A DNA stretch of 64,000 nucleotides, taken from assembly GCA_016748015.1 (NCBI GenBank), contig JAAOMT010000328.1:248001-312000 (forward strand). Reading direction: 5' to 3'. The position numbers were made by a program, and so were the translations under genes. This document shows, one piece after another, positions 21,052 to 34,577 of this stretch; positions within the stretch are counted from its first letter, which is position 1; each line of letters opens with the position of its first letter. Below the pieces are notes generated by a model, which ran no database searches, had not been told where the DNA came from, and saw nothing but the letters and a program-made list of their open reading frames with translations. The DNA comes from Geosiphon pyriformis uo1 (lineage: Eukaryota > Fungi > Glomeromycota).

Positions 21052-24000
21052 TTTTTTTTTATTAACGTTTAATGAGTGAGACCCAAAAGCCACCTAGTGC
21101 AATATATCAAACTAAGCAATCTAAACTAGGCACTAATCATGTACTTTCTACACGTAACCAGCCACTCAGACTGATCAAAGCAACACTATAAATCTATTAG
21201 AACAGAAATCACACCATTTATACCAGAAAAAAAGCAGCTATGTTTACAAAAACCAAAACAGACACCAACTGCCTTGGAAATTCCAAGCAATCTAATCACC
21301 CCAGCAGAAAACATACATGACAAACTATGAGTCACAGAATACACAAAACCATCAAATAGAATTAAACTGCTTTTTTCCATCAAAGCCCTATATTTAGCTC
21401 TAATCACCCAAATATCTAAGTAGTGAGCAGCACCTAATTCTCGAACAAAATCAACAATAAACCTTCTCACAACTTTGGTATTACCTAGAATAGACAAAGT
21501 TTTCTGAACTCAATCTCTGAACACAAAACCTTTGCCCATGGTAGTATACAACACATTATCAGATATGCACAGAGAGAGCACTTGTGAGACATGAGACAAA
21601 TGCAAGCCCAATCCAGAAACACTTTGCCACTTGGCCAGATGAGACTTGAGAATGCTTTTACAAGCATCAGAATCAAATGTGCAAACAAAAAAATGGTCAA
21701 AACTTTTCACTTCACCACAATACAGACATAAGACACTCAGGTAGACCTTACTATACAGATGTTTTTGCACAGCAACTGGAAGATGGTAGTAGAGAGCCTT
21801 TAAAAAATAAAAGTGCAAACTAACCATAGATTTACTGGTAAAGCTGGCTGCCATATAGGAGTCAGGATGCCACATTGAAGCAGTGCAAAACCAGTTCACA
21901 TCACCAAGCAAACTGTCATCAACAATGTTAAAACCAGGACCAACCTCCCAGTAAGCCCCTTACTATACAGATGTTTTTGCACAGCAACTGGAAGATGGTA
22001 GTAGAGAGCCTTTAAAAAATAAAAGTGCAAACTAACCATAGATTTACTGGTAAAGCTGGCTGCCATATAGGAGTCAGGATGCCACATTGAAGCAGTGCAA
22101 AACCAGTTCACATCACCAAGCAAACTGTCATCAACAATGTTAAAACCAGGACCAACCTCCCAGTAAGCCCAATTAATAGATCTGAAAATCTCATAAGCAA
22201 AATGACAAACATTTTCAGACATTGCTTCCCTGATAGCCATAATAAATCTCTTTCTAACCAAAACAAGAAGTGCCAGAGAAGAGCTCACAGCTAGACTAGC
22301 CAACTTATCAGCACGCTCATTACCTATAATACCTGAATGTCCTTTTATCTTATGCCAAGAAACAACAAGCCACTTTTCTCTAATTAAATTGACAATGCCA
22401 TGCCACTTCATCTAACAGCAGTTGCAGAAATCTGGAGACACCAGAGCAGATTCAGCCACACATGCATCCAATACAACCTGACTGTTTGAATAAACCATCA
22501 CAAAACTGTCAAAGGGAACACACTCTAATGCCAAAGCAATCATCTGCAGTTCCGCCATAGTCAAAGACACCAATTCACCAATCTTAGCACCAATACTCAT
22601 GTCCAGATCTGAAAAATAAGCAGCAGCATCACATTTTATTTCACGTGAACTCAAATCTCTCAATGATCCATCAGTGTAAACATTGACTACTCTCATATTC
22701 GCTGAAGAAAGACAATGGCTCAATCCAAAAACTGCACCTGAATTGCAAACATCTATATTCCACAAACCTTCAATATGCAAATCATCAGAAATAGAAGATT
22801 GATCCAAAAAGTCACAAATCAAAGTGAACCAATGAGAAACAGGACCCTTCGGATCAAGTCTTTTCCAATGATAAAAGCTTTTCCAATCAAAAATTAAACC
22901 TTTTTTGGTATATAACTGCTTGGCAAAGGCAACCTCAAACTTTCTGAGAGACAAAAAGACATCATAAAATAAAGAAGCACCTAGGACTGCAGATATTGGT
23001 GCCCCACCAGAAAATTGGAATGCAGAAACAGAGAGATTGCCGAGAGACATGTCACAGTTCAAAAAAATTCTAATGACTTCTGCCAAAAAATTATTGACTG
23101 GACTGACACGCAACCTAATCGGACAACGTAGAAAGTAAATAGGTGACCAATCCAAGACTTGAAGATCCAGAGATCTATGATTGAACAAATGACCAAGAAT
23201 ACTATCAGCATTTAAGAAACACAACACAAAAGCCATCTTGTATTTAGTTTACAACTGCTCAAAAGATCTTAAACCATACAAAGAAGGATAATGAAGAGCC
23301 TCATTGGGAAAGTCTCTTAGAAGACCAGCTTTAAGCCTCACTCCTTCCTGATCAATGTATCCCATTTCATACACACATTCCTGGAGACAAAGCTGAACTG
23401 AGTCCTGTAACTAATAATCGGTTGCAATACAGCTGATACTAGATAAAGAAACTGCTTGTCCGAAATAGCTTTCTTGAGAACCAAATTGACAAAAAACTTG
23501 ACATTCATGTGTGCCTTAGCCAAGCTTGGTTTGAACAATCCCTCAGATAACAAATAAATGCCAAGGTATCGATAAGACTCCTTCCTGTGAGCAATTGAAA
23601 TTGGCAGACCACTAATTGACAATGAAGTATTACTAATCCTCTGATTGATAAGAATAACTACAGTTTTTTCATTATTGATAGAAATGTCATTTATCCTGAA
23701 AAATTTACTCACTGTGTTCAGGATATACTGAATGGCAGCCTGACTGCTTCTCACCCAGATAATATCATCCATGAACACACCAGCAGTCAGAAAAGAAGTC
23801 AAACTGTCTTGGTTTTCTATTCTGCCAGTCTTAGCTACAAATTTAAATTCGGTAACCACACAAACTTTCCTATCTCTTGACCTCACACAAAAGGGGGTCA
23901 TAAAAGATCCTCCACAGCAAAGGAGAGAAAATTTCACTCTGATCAAGACCATCATACATCCAGTAGCCATCCGTTAGACCAAAATCAGTCATAATCCGAT

Positions 24001-24077
24001 TAATGTGGTCATTGTAATTTGAACCAAAAAATCTAATAAAACATCTGCACATTTTGATCCGAACCAAACTATTATGC
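21052..24077 (-). mobile_element. 5'-truncated LINE with partial RT, RNase H and zinc finger; 11-bp TSD
   Basis: SPLLWRIFYDPLL, VFMDD, YRYLGI (RT); VNVYTDGSL and WHKIKGHSGIIGNERAD (RNase H); poly(A) at ~21052-21063. AACTTTTTAAT is duplicated at 21041-21051 and 24078-24088. The 3'UTR is homologous to the copy at 16466-16590. Confidence 0.9.
21747..22170. repeat. 212-bp tandem duplication inside the LINE
   Basis: 21747-21958 and 21959-22170 read identically (CTTACTATACAGATG...CAGTAAGCCC). Confidence 0.9.
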
Positions 24078-24645
24078 AACTTTTTAATAGTTATATAAAC
24101 AATGTTTTTTTTATTTGAAAAAAACATTAAATAATTAAAATTTAATTTCTTTTTTTTTATTACTTATTTCCTTATTTTTAAATATTTAATATTTTTATAA
24201 TACAAATTATTTATTGATATTTACGTTTTTTTTTTAATTTGTGTTATTAAAATTAATTTGAAAAGTTATTTGTTTGTTTTAGTAATTTATTAAATAAAAA
24301 ACAATTAAAAAACACAATAATATCTGTTATTAATCATAAAAATTACGAAATAAAACGTAAAATATTATTATTATCATTATTATTATTATTATTATTTTGT
24401 TAATAGCTTATTTTTTTTAAAAAAATTAATTATATATATTAAATTATAAAATCTAATTTTATTATTTTTATAATTACAATTAAAACAAAGAATAAAAAAT
24501 TTACAAATATTATTTTTCTTATAATAATTAATAAAGTTTTATTATAAAAAGTTTTTTTTATTGTAAAAATAATTAAACAAAATATTTTACATGTGTTTTT
24601 TTAAATATTAATAATACAAAATTGTTTTTAACAGTTTTTAAAGCA

Positions 24646-25985
24646 TTTTATTTTATTTTATGAGTACAATTTAATTATTATCTAGTATATAAAAGAAAAC
24701 TAAGTAATCTTAACTAAATATAATTTATGTATTTACTATATATAACTAGCTACTTAGACTAATTAAAACAATAGTATACATTTATATAAATACCAGCACT
24801 ATTATTTATATCTGAAAAAACAAACAAGTCTTATACAAACTAAAATCAATAACAAATAATTCAATAACACCAAGTAATTGAACAATTTTATTAGACAAAA
24901 CATTAAACAAACTATACAAAACACTTGACAAAATCTTTGTATTAAATTTGAACTTAAACAGCCATAATACACTATAATGTTTTTTAGCCAAACAGCAAAT
25001 AAAATCAACTACTACCAAAACTGTTTTTTTCTTATTACTAAAAACCAATACTGTCTTGTCAATTTAACTTCTAAAAACAAAAACTCTTGTACAAAATTAT
25101 GTGTATACTAATATCTAATATATATAATAAAAGAATTTAAAATACTAAGAATATTAAAAAAAGCAAATCTCTACTAAAGATTTTTACAATTCAATACATT
25201 TTAACAAAATTCTAAAACATACAAAAGCATTCTTTAAATAAGTAAAAACATGATTTAACAGTTCAATATTATCATATATTAAACACAAAATATTTAGATA
25301 ATTTTTGTTGTAAAGTTTTTTTCTGATAGCAACCAACAATTTTTTATAAACTACTTTTATTAAATATATATAAAATATAGCTAAAACTTTATTTGTAAAG
25401 TCAATAAACATATAAGAATCTAAATATCAAATCATAACAATACAAATCTAGTTAATTTTACAAATAAATAACAATTTTAGAGTCTAAATCTATTTTTCAC
25501 TAAACATAACAAACAAATTAATAAATATTATAAACAAAGTAATAAATATTGCCTAAAACAACCAGACTATCAGCCATAATAAATTTTTTATATATATTAA
25601 CAAAAAAAACCACATAAAACTATGTTGTATTACTAATAAAAACATTAATTTAGTCATTGTTAAAATCTTTTAAATAGTTTTTAACTTTTACTTGCTATAT
25701 AAAAATATTCTTAGACTTAATTAAATTAGTTATATAATGCTTTTTTAACTAATACTTGTTTTGAAAATTTGGTAACTACTGTTTAAGTTCTAAAACACAC
25801 ATATTTATAACAGCTTAATTGTCTGTATATACAATTACTAAATAAGATAAAAAACATATTCTATAGTCAATGCAATTATTTGCAATTTAATTATTGTTAA
25901 AAACAATAGTTTATAAAGTTCAATACTTATTTTTATGTTAGCATTAGAAAAATAAGCTGCAGTTCTATCAATTATATGGTTAATA
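24646..25985 (-). mobile_element. Heavily decayed LINE 3' fragment of the same family
   Basis: (TAAAA)n tail, eroded 3'UTR motif, YIYLIKVVYKKLLVAIRKKLYNKNYLNILC and RTAAYFS (RNase H region). Confidence 0.75.
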
Positions 25986-28900
25986 ATTTCTAAAGATTTT
26001 TGAATTTAAAGATTTTAGTTAAGTTTTTTGTATAATAAACAGAAATTTACTTAATAATTGTTTTTCCAATTTTTTTTTTAGCATAAAAATTGGTTTAATT
26101 TGGCAGTTATGCTTTTTTAGTAAGCTATTCTTAAGTTTTTACTTTTGTTTTATGGATTTTTTATTAGACTATTCTTGACATCAATATTTTAATACTTAAT
26201 CTTTTAATTAATTAATATTTAATATAAAACAAAAAAAAAGAAAGTAAAAGAAAAATAAAAAATTGGGATTTTATTAATAACCATAATTAAAAGCTATTTT
26301 TTTAGTATAATTAAGTAGTAAATATTATTAGTATAAATTGCTAATAAAGTTAGAGAATAATAATTTTAATCTATGATAAAAATAATATAAATTAAATGAT
26401 AAAGCAATAATTTTATTTAATATTTAAATAATTTCTTTTAAGATATAAAAAACTATTTTTTAAAAAGAAAAATATATTATTAATATTTATTGTTTAGCTA
26501 ATTAAGAACTTGTTAAAGTGTAAATTAAATGAATATTTTTTTTTATTCCTAATATTATTGTTATATATACATAATTTTTATTATATAAGATCTTATATAT
26601 TTCTACTTTTTTCTATATTATTTTCTAAAACTGTGCTTATTTCTAAGCAATATGCTATGATTTTTTGAAAATATGCTTATTTTTTGTTAATATACACATT
26701 TCTAAAAATATGTTATAATTTTCTGAAAATGTGTTTACATATTAAGTACTATTTTCTTATTAATTTATTTTTATAATCTGTTTTTTTTATTTTTTTTTTA
26801 TACTTTTTTTCTATAAATAATATTATTTTTTTCTTTAATTTTAAGCTCTGTTAAAATTCTTATTTTGAATTAATTTTATTACTTTTTTTTAATATTGTGT
26901 GTTTAATTTTGGTTTTTAGGTTTTTAAATTAGAAGTTGGTCATTTTTTCTCATTGGTTAATAGTTATTGTTTCTATTTTTGTATGTAGTAGTATTTTTGA
27001 ATAATTTTTAAATATAGTATATAGTTAATAAATTGTTTTAATATATAGTATAAAACTTCTTTCAATAAAGTTTTTAATTTATTGTATTATTTATTAATTG
27101 AATGTTTTTTTAAATTTGTTTATATACAATTTCTAAATATTTAATTTTTGTCTTAGTTAATAATAATATTATGTCTTTGAAAAATGTTTTATTTATAACT
27201 TTTAATTTTTTTTAGTCAATTTTTTTGTTAGAATAATATTTGGTATTTTCTTAAAAATGTTTTTTACTTTTTTTATAATTTTATCTGATTAGTAATTTGG
27301 TTGTTTCTGTGATTGTTAATATAAACTGCTCTTTGTTTTTTTTTCTTTGTTTGTGTTTTTATAACAAATTGTTTAATAATTAATAATTATTTCCATGTTT
27401 AATTGTTGCTAATTTATTGTCTAAAATAATTGTTGTGCTAATGTGTAAATATGATTTGAAATTTTCATTTTTTCTGATTTTTTTTGTTGCATGTATTGGT
27501 TTTTTATATACTATTCTAATAGCTTAGATTAATATGTTTGTTTCAATAATTATGATTGGTTCCAAATCTTATAAAATTTTATCTAGTTTAATTAGTATTT
27601 ATTATATTTTTAGTTGTGAAATATTATTGATAAAAAATAATACTATATTATAATATAGTTTTAATTAATTATTATATATTGTTTTAGTTAAAATTTTATT
27701 GATTTATCTTAACTTATATGCTCTGTTTTCCAGAATTTTTTCAATATAAAATAAACTGTTCTATTTAAAATCAAATTTTCTACTTTATTGTTTTTTTGCT
27801 TTGGTATAATATAAAAATATTTTGTTTTCAATCTTGAATTTAACTGGTTTGTTTAATAACTAATTATTATGTTATTTTTTTTATTTTTTTTGTGATCTTT
27901 GTATATTATCAACTGGTTTTTTTCTAGTGTTTTTATTAAGTAATAAGTTTTTTACAACAGTGTTTTTTGATAATTAGTTTTTGTTATTGGTTTTGTTGAA
28001 TATATATAAATATTTATTTTTACTGATAGTATTACTGTTTTATTATATATTAACTTAAATAGTATTGTTTATGTGGTATTCTGCTTTATTGTTCAATAAG
28101 CAAATAGTACTAATAATATAAACAAATTCTATTTGTCTTGGTTTTTTTGGCAGATTTTGGTTATTGTTTTACACAATATTCTATTAAACTTTTTGATTAA
28201 GTTATTGGTTTATAGATAATATAAAAATAATAATAGTTTTTTAATTTCAAATTTTTAACTTAATTCTGTTAATGTTCTGTTTATAAAGTGAATTTTTTGT
28301 TTGACAACAATTTTTTTAGACATTTGTGTTAACAAATTAAATCTTGGTATATAAATTCAGTTATAAATTTTGTATTTGTTTTTTAAATAACTTTAGTTTT
28401 TAACCATTTTGTGAGATAGTTCATGGCAATTGCTATATATAAGTTGTTTTTGCTGGTTATTGTTAATAATTTAATTAATTTAATTTCAATTTAATTAAAT
28501 AATTGTTTCACTTTAATTGGTTTTAGTGATTTATGGAGTTTTGTTCTTTTTTTTTTAATAAACATTACAATTTTGAATATATTGAATAATATTTGAATAT
28601 ATTAATGGTCAATAATATCTTTTTCTGGTTTTTTCTATGATAACTTTTTTATAAAAGTGTTTTGTTGTTGAATTTAAGTACATACTAAACAATATTGTTT
28701 TTTTTTCTGGTTCTATAATAATTTTAAGTGGTTAATTTAATTTTTTTCTGTTTTTTTAATATAATATATTTTGGTAAATAATAAAATATTTTGATTGTTG
28801 TTTTATGTTGTTTTGTTTTTTTTGAGATAATTTCTTCTTAAATTATTGAGTATTAATATAATATTGGAGTTATTAATATTTTTGTATATTTTTTCATTTT

Positions 28901-29080
28901 TTATAGTGTACTGTATATTAAAATAGTAATAGTTTTTTTTAATATTGCATGTTAATTATTTTCAAATTTTTGTTTTTAGATTGATGTTAATTTTTTGTGA
29001 TCAGTACATACATCAAATTTCTAAATTAAGTATTTTTTCTATTTAATAATAGCTCAATAAATAGCTAAATGTTTTAATGC

Positions 29081-29893
29081 TGTTACTCATAGAATATAGG
29101 GAGTATATTAGCATATAAATTAACCAATTAGGAGTAGCCATAATAAATGTGGAATTCCAGGATTCTTTTCAAAGAGAATCGCAGAATTCCAGGAATTTCA
29201 GGATTCTCATACAAAGAATTGCCTGATTCCTGGTGTGAAAAATTAAGAAATTGAGGAATCTTAATTATGTATATATATAGCAGTAGTGCTAAAAGTAAAA
29301 AAGACAGAATTTTTTTAGTTAGAGACCTCCCAGTTTAGATCTGATCTAAATAAACATTTCATTCACAACTATCAATAAATAATTATTTACCATCTCAATC
29401 CACTTTCCACTATCAGCACTTCATGTTGATAGTAATTGACACTTAACCACACTAGAACAATAGCTCTTGATCACAGCTATTGACAAAATACTAACTTGCA
29501 ATTGCTGTTGTTTATTTTTTTTATCTTTTTTTATTTTCTTTTATTTCTTTTGTATTTTTTTTTGGTTAACTAATTGATTAAAGATTAAGTGCTAAGATAC
29601 AGATGTTATAGAGACTGGTAAAAGACCTGTGAAACAAGGGTAGAACACTTATAGATTTGAGAATAGCTTACCAGAAAGATTACTGGCTACCATGCTAAGA
29701 AAGAAATTCGATGGAATTGCGATTCCAGAAGGCTACTGAAAACAACTATTAAATCTCTGTTCATTATACAAAGAACTCCACAACAAAACTTTCAGATCAA
29801 TAAAACCTTCAGATATCAACACCAGAATACCAACCAAGCACCAAGTTATGGATTTGTTATTTGCTTTGAGACCCCAAATAATCATCTGTAACA
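29081..29893 (+). repeat. 5' LTR of element A
   Basis: TGTTAC...TGTAACA; homologous to 46082-46908; GGATTCC/GGAATTCC subrepeats; followed by PBS-like TTTAGTGCTTCTTGTGAGG. Confidence 0.93.
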
Positions 29894-32800
29894 TTTAGTG
29901 CTTCTTGTGAGGTATAATCTTATAGAGAACTGGCACTAACAACAATCATCCAAAAGTGACAGAATCAGAAATCATAGGAGCAAACCATTTAGGATTCGCC
30001 AAATTCTTGTTTCAACAGTACAGCTAACAATTAAGATTAAACAATAACTATTTTCCAGCAGAATCAGTCTTTAATTTCTATGTCAATAATAAAATCATAG
30101 ACTGCTTAGGAGGAACAGTTGACATTGAATCTGCAAAAAAAAACTTCTATACAGAATTATTTCAACATACTAGCTTACCAAGAAACTACAGTTTCACACT
30201 AATCATTAGGGAAATTAATTAAACCATTAAAAGATACACACAACAACAATTTCCCATCACCTATACAGACAAAGGCAAAGGAAGATTGCAAATACCAGCA
30301 GTAACACCAAAACAAATACAACCACCTACTTGGAAAAAAACCAGAGTTGAATCACTAACAAACTCATCATATCACTATACATCCGGAAGTGCCATTAACA
30401 TCTTATCAACAGACACATCCACATCACATGCAACATCAATATTTGGATGACTCCTATTCCAAAGTAAACAAAAGAAAACAGAATTACTAAGAACCTATGG
30501 CAATTATTTTGAAGGATTTAAATCATGATTGCCAACGCCATCAGGATTTTGATTACTGTCAACTCAACCAAATTTTGGAAATGCAAATCTCTGGGAGATA
30601 ACAAAATCAGAAGAGAAAGAAGAAAAAAAAGCCAAAGATCAAAAATTTACTTATCAGAACCCGATTACAGAAAACCCGGAAATCAAAACTCTAAATTTTC
30701 AAACTCAGCAAAATTGGAACAATCAAAACCCTGAAGCAATTAATCAGCAACACTTACCTCTAATAATCGTTATTAATCAACTATCAATTGAACCGATTAT
30801 TGAACCAATTTAACAGCTGCCACTTCAACCACTCCAACAGCCACAACAGCTATTTCAACAACCACAACAACAACTTCAACAACCAAATTTAGATCCAATG
30901 GTCTACATCCCAATAGCAAAACTTGAGAAACTTACCAGTAAAGAAGACGACACCCAAATATGGCTCAATAACATTGAAAAGACCATCATAGTCAATGGAT
31001 GAAATAACGCAAAAGCACTCTAAGTCATCCCCTATTTCTTACAGGATACTACCAACTCATGGTATCAAAGTTTAGTCACCAAACCGCAAACATTTCAGGA
31101 ATTTAAAGTTGTATTCTTAGGATATTTCAGTAATAATAATAGCATCAATCAATTGGCAAACACCTTCATCACTATCAAACAAGGGGAAAATAAAGCAGTC
31201 ACCACTTACCTAGAATGCTTTCATAGAAATCTGCACCAAATTCAAGTAATCCAGGCTGATTATTTTACAGTATCACAAATCCTAAATCAATTTATTAGAA
31301 GTCTGTACAATAGCATCTTCCAATACATATATCTAATGCATCTAGTAGATCTTCAAGCCACCATTACAAATGCCAGAGATTTTGAAGCAGCTGAACTCAA
31401 AGCTAACCACACCCAAGCCATTAATCTAGTAATGAATGGGATTATCTGAATTGAATTCCAAATTGAAACAATTTAGTAACTCAATCAATCAGAAATTAGA
31501 AGGATACTTAGCTAACAATCAGGCAATTTATCAACCACCACAATGATGCAATAATTCTGGAAATGCGAATTGTTTCCAGAATCAGTTATGTTCATCATTC
31601 TTGACCAATCAACAGTGGCTGCAGGAGATGCATGTTTGCCACTACTGTAGTAAACAAGAATATTTAAAAGTCAATTGTAGGTTAAAAATAGAAAACCAAT
31701 GATCAAAAAATCAATATTGGAACTCCAATTGCAGATTTTCAACTCCAAATTATCAAACAAACTCAGCAATATATCAACCAAATTACATATCTATAATGCA
31801 GCTGCAAATTTATCAACCACCAATTTATCAGCCAACAACACCTGTCATTTATTAACTGCAGCTCCAACCCATTTATCAGCTGCAGCTTCAGGTAATTTAT
31901 CAGTTTCAACAAATTCAAACACTGCTGCAGAACTTATCTCAAAACAGAACCCAAAGGCTGAGACTGACACAACAAAACTGGAAATCATCAATAGTAGTCT
32001 ATCAACCAATTTCCAGTTCCATGACACAACTATCAGGATTTTGACAATGGAATTTAGACACCAGATACACCTAAAACCTGAGTTTCCAGAACTATTTAAG
32101 TCTTTTGATTGCCCCAGAAAACACCCAACCCAATAACTCAGAAACCAACCAACAAGCAACACCTACTAGTAATATTCTACCAGCTACTATTATGGAAGAT
32201 GAATCACTGGACACCATTTTTCTGTTTGAACTTAAGGAATTGTTAATCATGCCATTGTTTAGTAGAGCTGCTTTTGAAGAAAAACCTATTACCACCATGT
32301 ACACTGATGCCAAAGTTGATGGCCACCTCATCAAATTGATCCTAGACAGTAGATCAGCTGGCAGCATCATCACAAGACAACTTATGGACCAATTAGGTTA
32401 CCAAGTTAATCAAGCTGCCAGCACCAAAATTATAACAGCTGATAGAGCAACCAAAACTCTGATTAGTAAGATAGATGACTTACCTATTGAAGTCAATGGC
32501 ATTATTGTACTAATCAAGGTATTAGTCATGAAAGCCATTCAATACCAAGCACTTGTTGGCAATGACTGGCTGTCCAAAACTCACATAACACTTAATTGAA
32601 ACATCCAAGAGCTTCAGCTTAGTCAAAACAGTTGACACACATATATACCAGCCATGTATAGCCACTTCAAGCCAATTACCATACCAATAGCACCACTGAT
32701 TGAATTCGAAAAAGAAAAAGAGAAACTTATCTGAGAAGCCTACTAAGTTTTCTGGGCCAATGAAGATCACAACAAGCTACCACTGATGCTCTCTTGGGAT

Positions 32801-33561
32801 AACAAGGGAAAAAGAAAACAAAAAAAAAACCTATCTGAAATGCCAACCAAGCCTAAATAACCAACAACAATTAGGATGAACTAACAACTTGGAAGTGGAA
32901 AAAAGATAACAATAAAAGAAAGGAAAAAGAAGAGGAAGAAGGTCCAACACTAATCACTACTTATAGCCTATATGCTTACTCTTTATTACTGCCATCTAAC
33001 TATTGGTGACCAAAATTAGTATATGTAAATTGCAGTAAGAAATTGTCATCAATGGGTGCATGTTGTAGTGATAATGAGGAATATTCCACAGCAACAAAGT
33101 TTTATTGTTGCCCATGTATCATAGAATGGTTTGGACACCCAAAAAGACAGAGAAAATGGAATAACAAATCTTGTTTTACATATGGAGCTATTTTAGCTGA
33201 CAAAAAAATGTGAAATGACATTTCTGGACAAGGAGGAACATGTGATGAGACATGCCAATATACTATTCTGATAAATGACTGGGTCCATAAAGGAACTCCA
33301 ATCAACAATACCTGGAAAAGAGCATTGCGATAGTTGAAAAAATATCCTCATGATGAACATGAAATCTGGAGAATGGCAAGTGCAAAAGTAGAAGGTGCTA
33401 CTACCAGCGAGTTATTAGAAATTAAAAATAACCCACTTTCACTGTTTGAACCTGAATATGTCCTTATTTTCGATGTTTTTGGTAACATGGAAGATAATCT
33501 GGAAAAATTCTATGAATATTACTAACAATTAGTACTCACTAAAAAAGAACAAAAGCAGCAT

Positions 33562-34529
33562 TGTTACCAGTGGAATTTTAGCTATTAATTAGCATGAAAT
33601 TATTTTCATAATTCTTATTATTAAGTAACATATTATTATTATTTCAATTATCACTTATTAATTAGCCAAATTATCAAATATTATTACTCAATCAATAACC
33701 CGATTTGTACCATAGAAATTAAGATAATCAAATTACACAATACTCTCAACCATTTAATATAGTCAAAATTCGCTGAAATTAATAAAAATTGGCCGAAATA
33801 ATCAATAGTTCAGTGAAATAACTTGTAGTTCACCAAAATGTATCTTTAGTTCATCTAAATTGTAGCAAAAAGAAAAGTACAAGTTTAAAGACTAGTACTA
33901 CAACAAGTTGTATAAAAAAAGAGCTTTTTTCTTCAAGAAAATATATTTTTCTTATACCTTATCATAGTATTTTACTGTAGATATCTTAATTGAAACAAAT
34001 CATCTTTTACAAAATCAAATAAAAATCAAATATTTGAAAACCAAATTCTTAAATTATTACACTTGAAATTCCCTCAATACAACTAATGTTTTAAAATTGA
34101 TTAGCTACCAATTTCAGTAAACTGTTAGTGACTCCAGGCCTAGATAGAAAACGTTTCCCTTGATAAAATCCTATTTATTTTATATTTTTTTTATTTTTCT
34201 TTTATTTTCTTATTACAAATTATTAGAGTAGCCTACAGACAAAATTCCTGTAGAAGAGTTGACTTTCACAGCAAAGTAATTACACATTTTTAGTGAGCTT
34301 CCAGATGAGCAATTCCTGGAAAAGAGTTGACGTTTACTACAATGTAACTACACAAAATAACTGGCATAGAATTGGTCATTCTACTTATAAGCCCAGCAGT
34401 TTAAATTATAGGAGATAATTTGAAAATAAATTTAGTTATTGGAGATTCAACTACTTTTAGAAAACGTGAATCTAAAACAAACAGACATTAATAACATTTA
34501 AGAAAAGAGACCAAAAACCTCTGGTAATA
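33562..34529 (+). repeat. 5' LTR of element B
   Basis: TGTTACCAG...GGTAATA; matches 42472-43440 and 59967-61151. Confidence 0.93.
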
Positions 34530-34577
34530 TTTGATGCTCTCTCACAAAAATAACACAGCAATAACAAATTCAAAATA

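Noticed and set aside
29584-29900. ~105-codon coding-like frame in U5 of LTR-A
   Set aside because: The same stop positions occur in both LTRs and no domain is recognisable, so evidence for a gene is insufficient.
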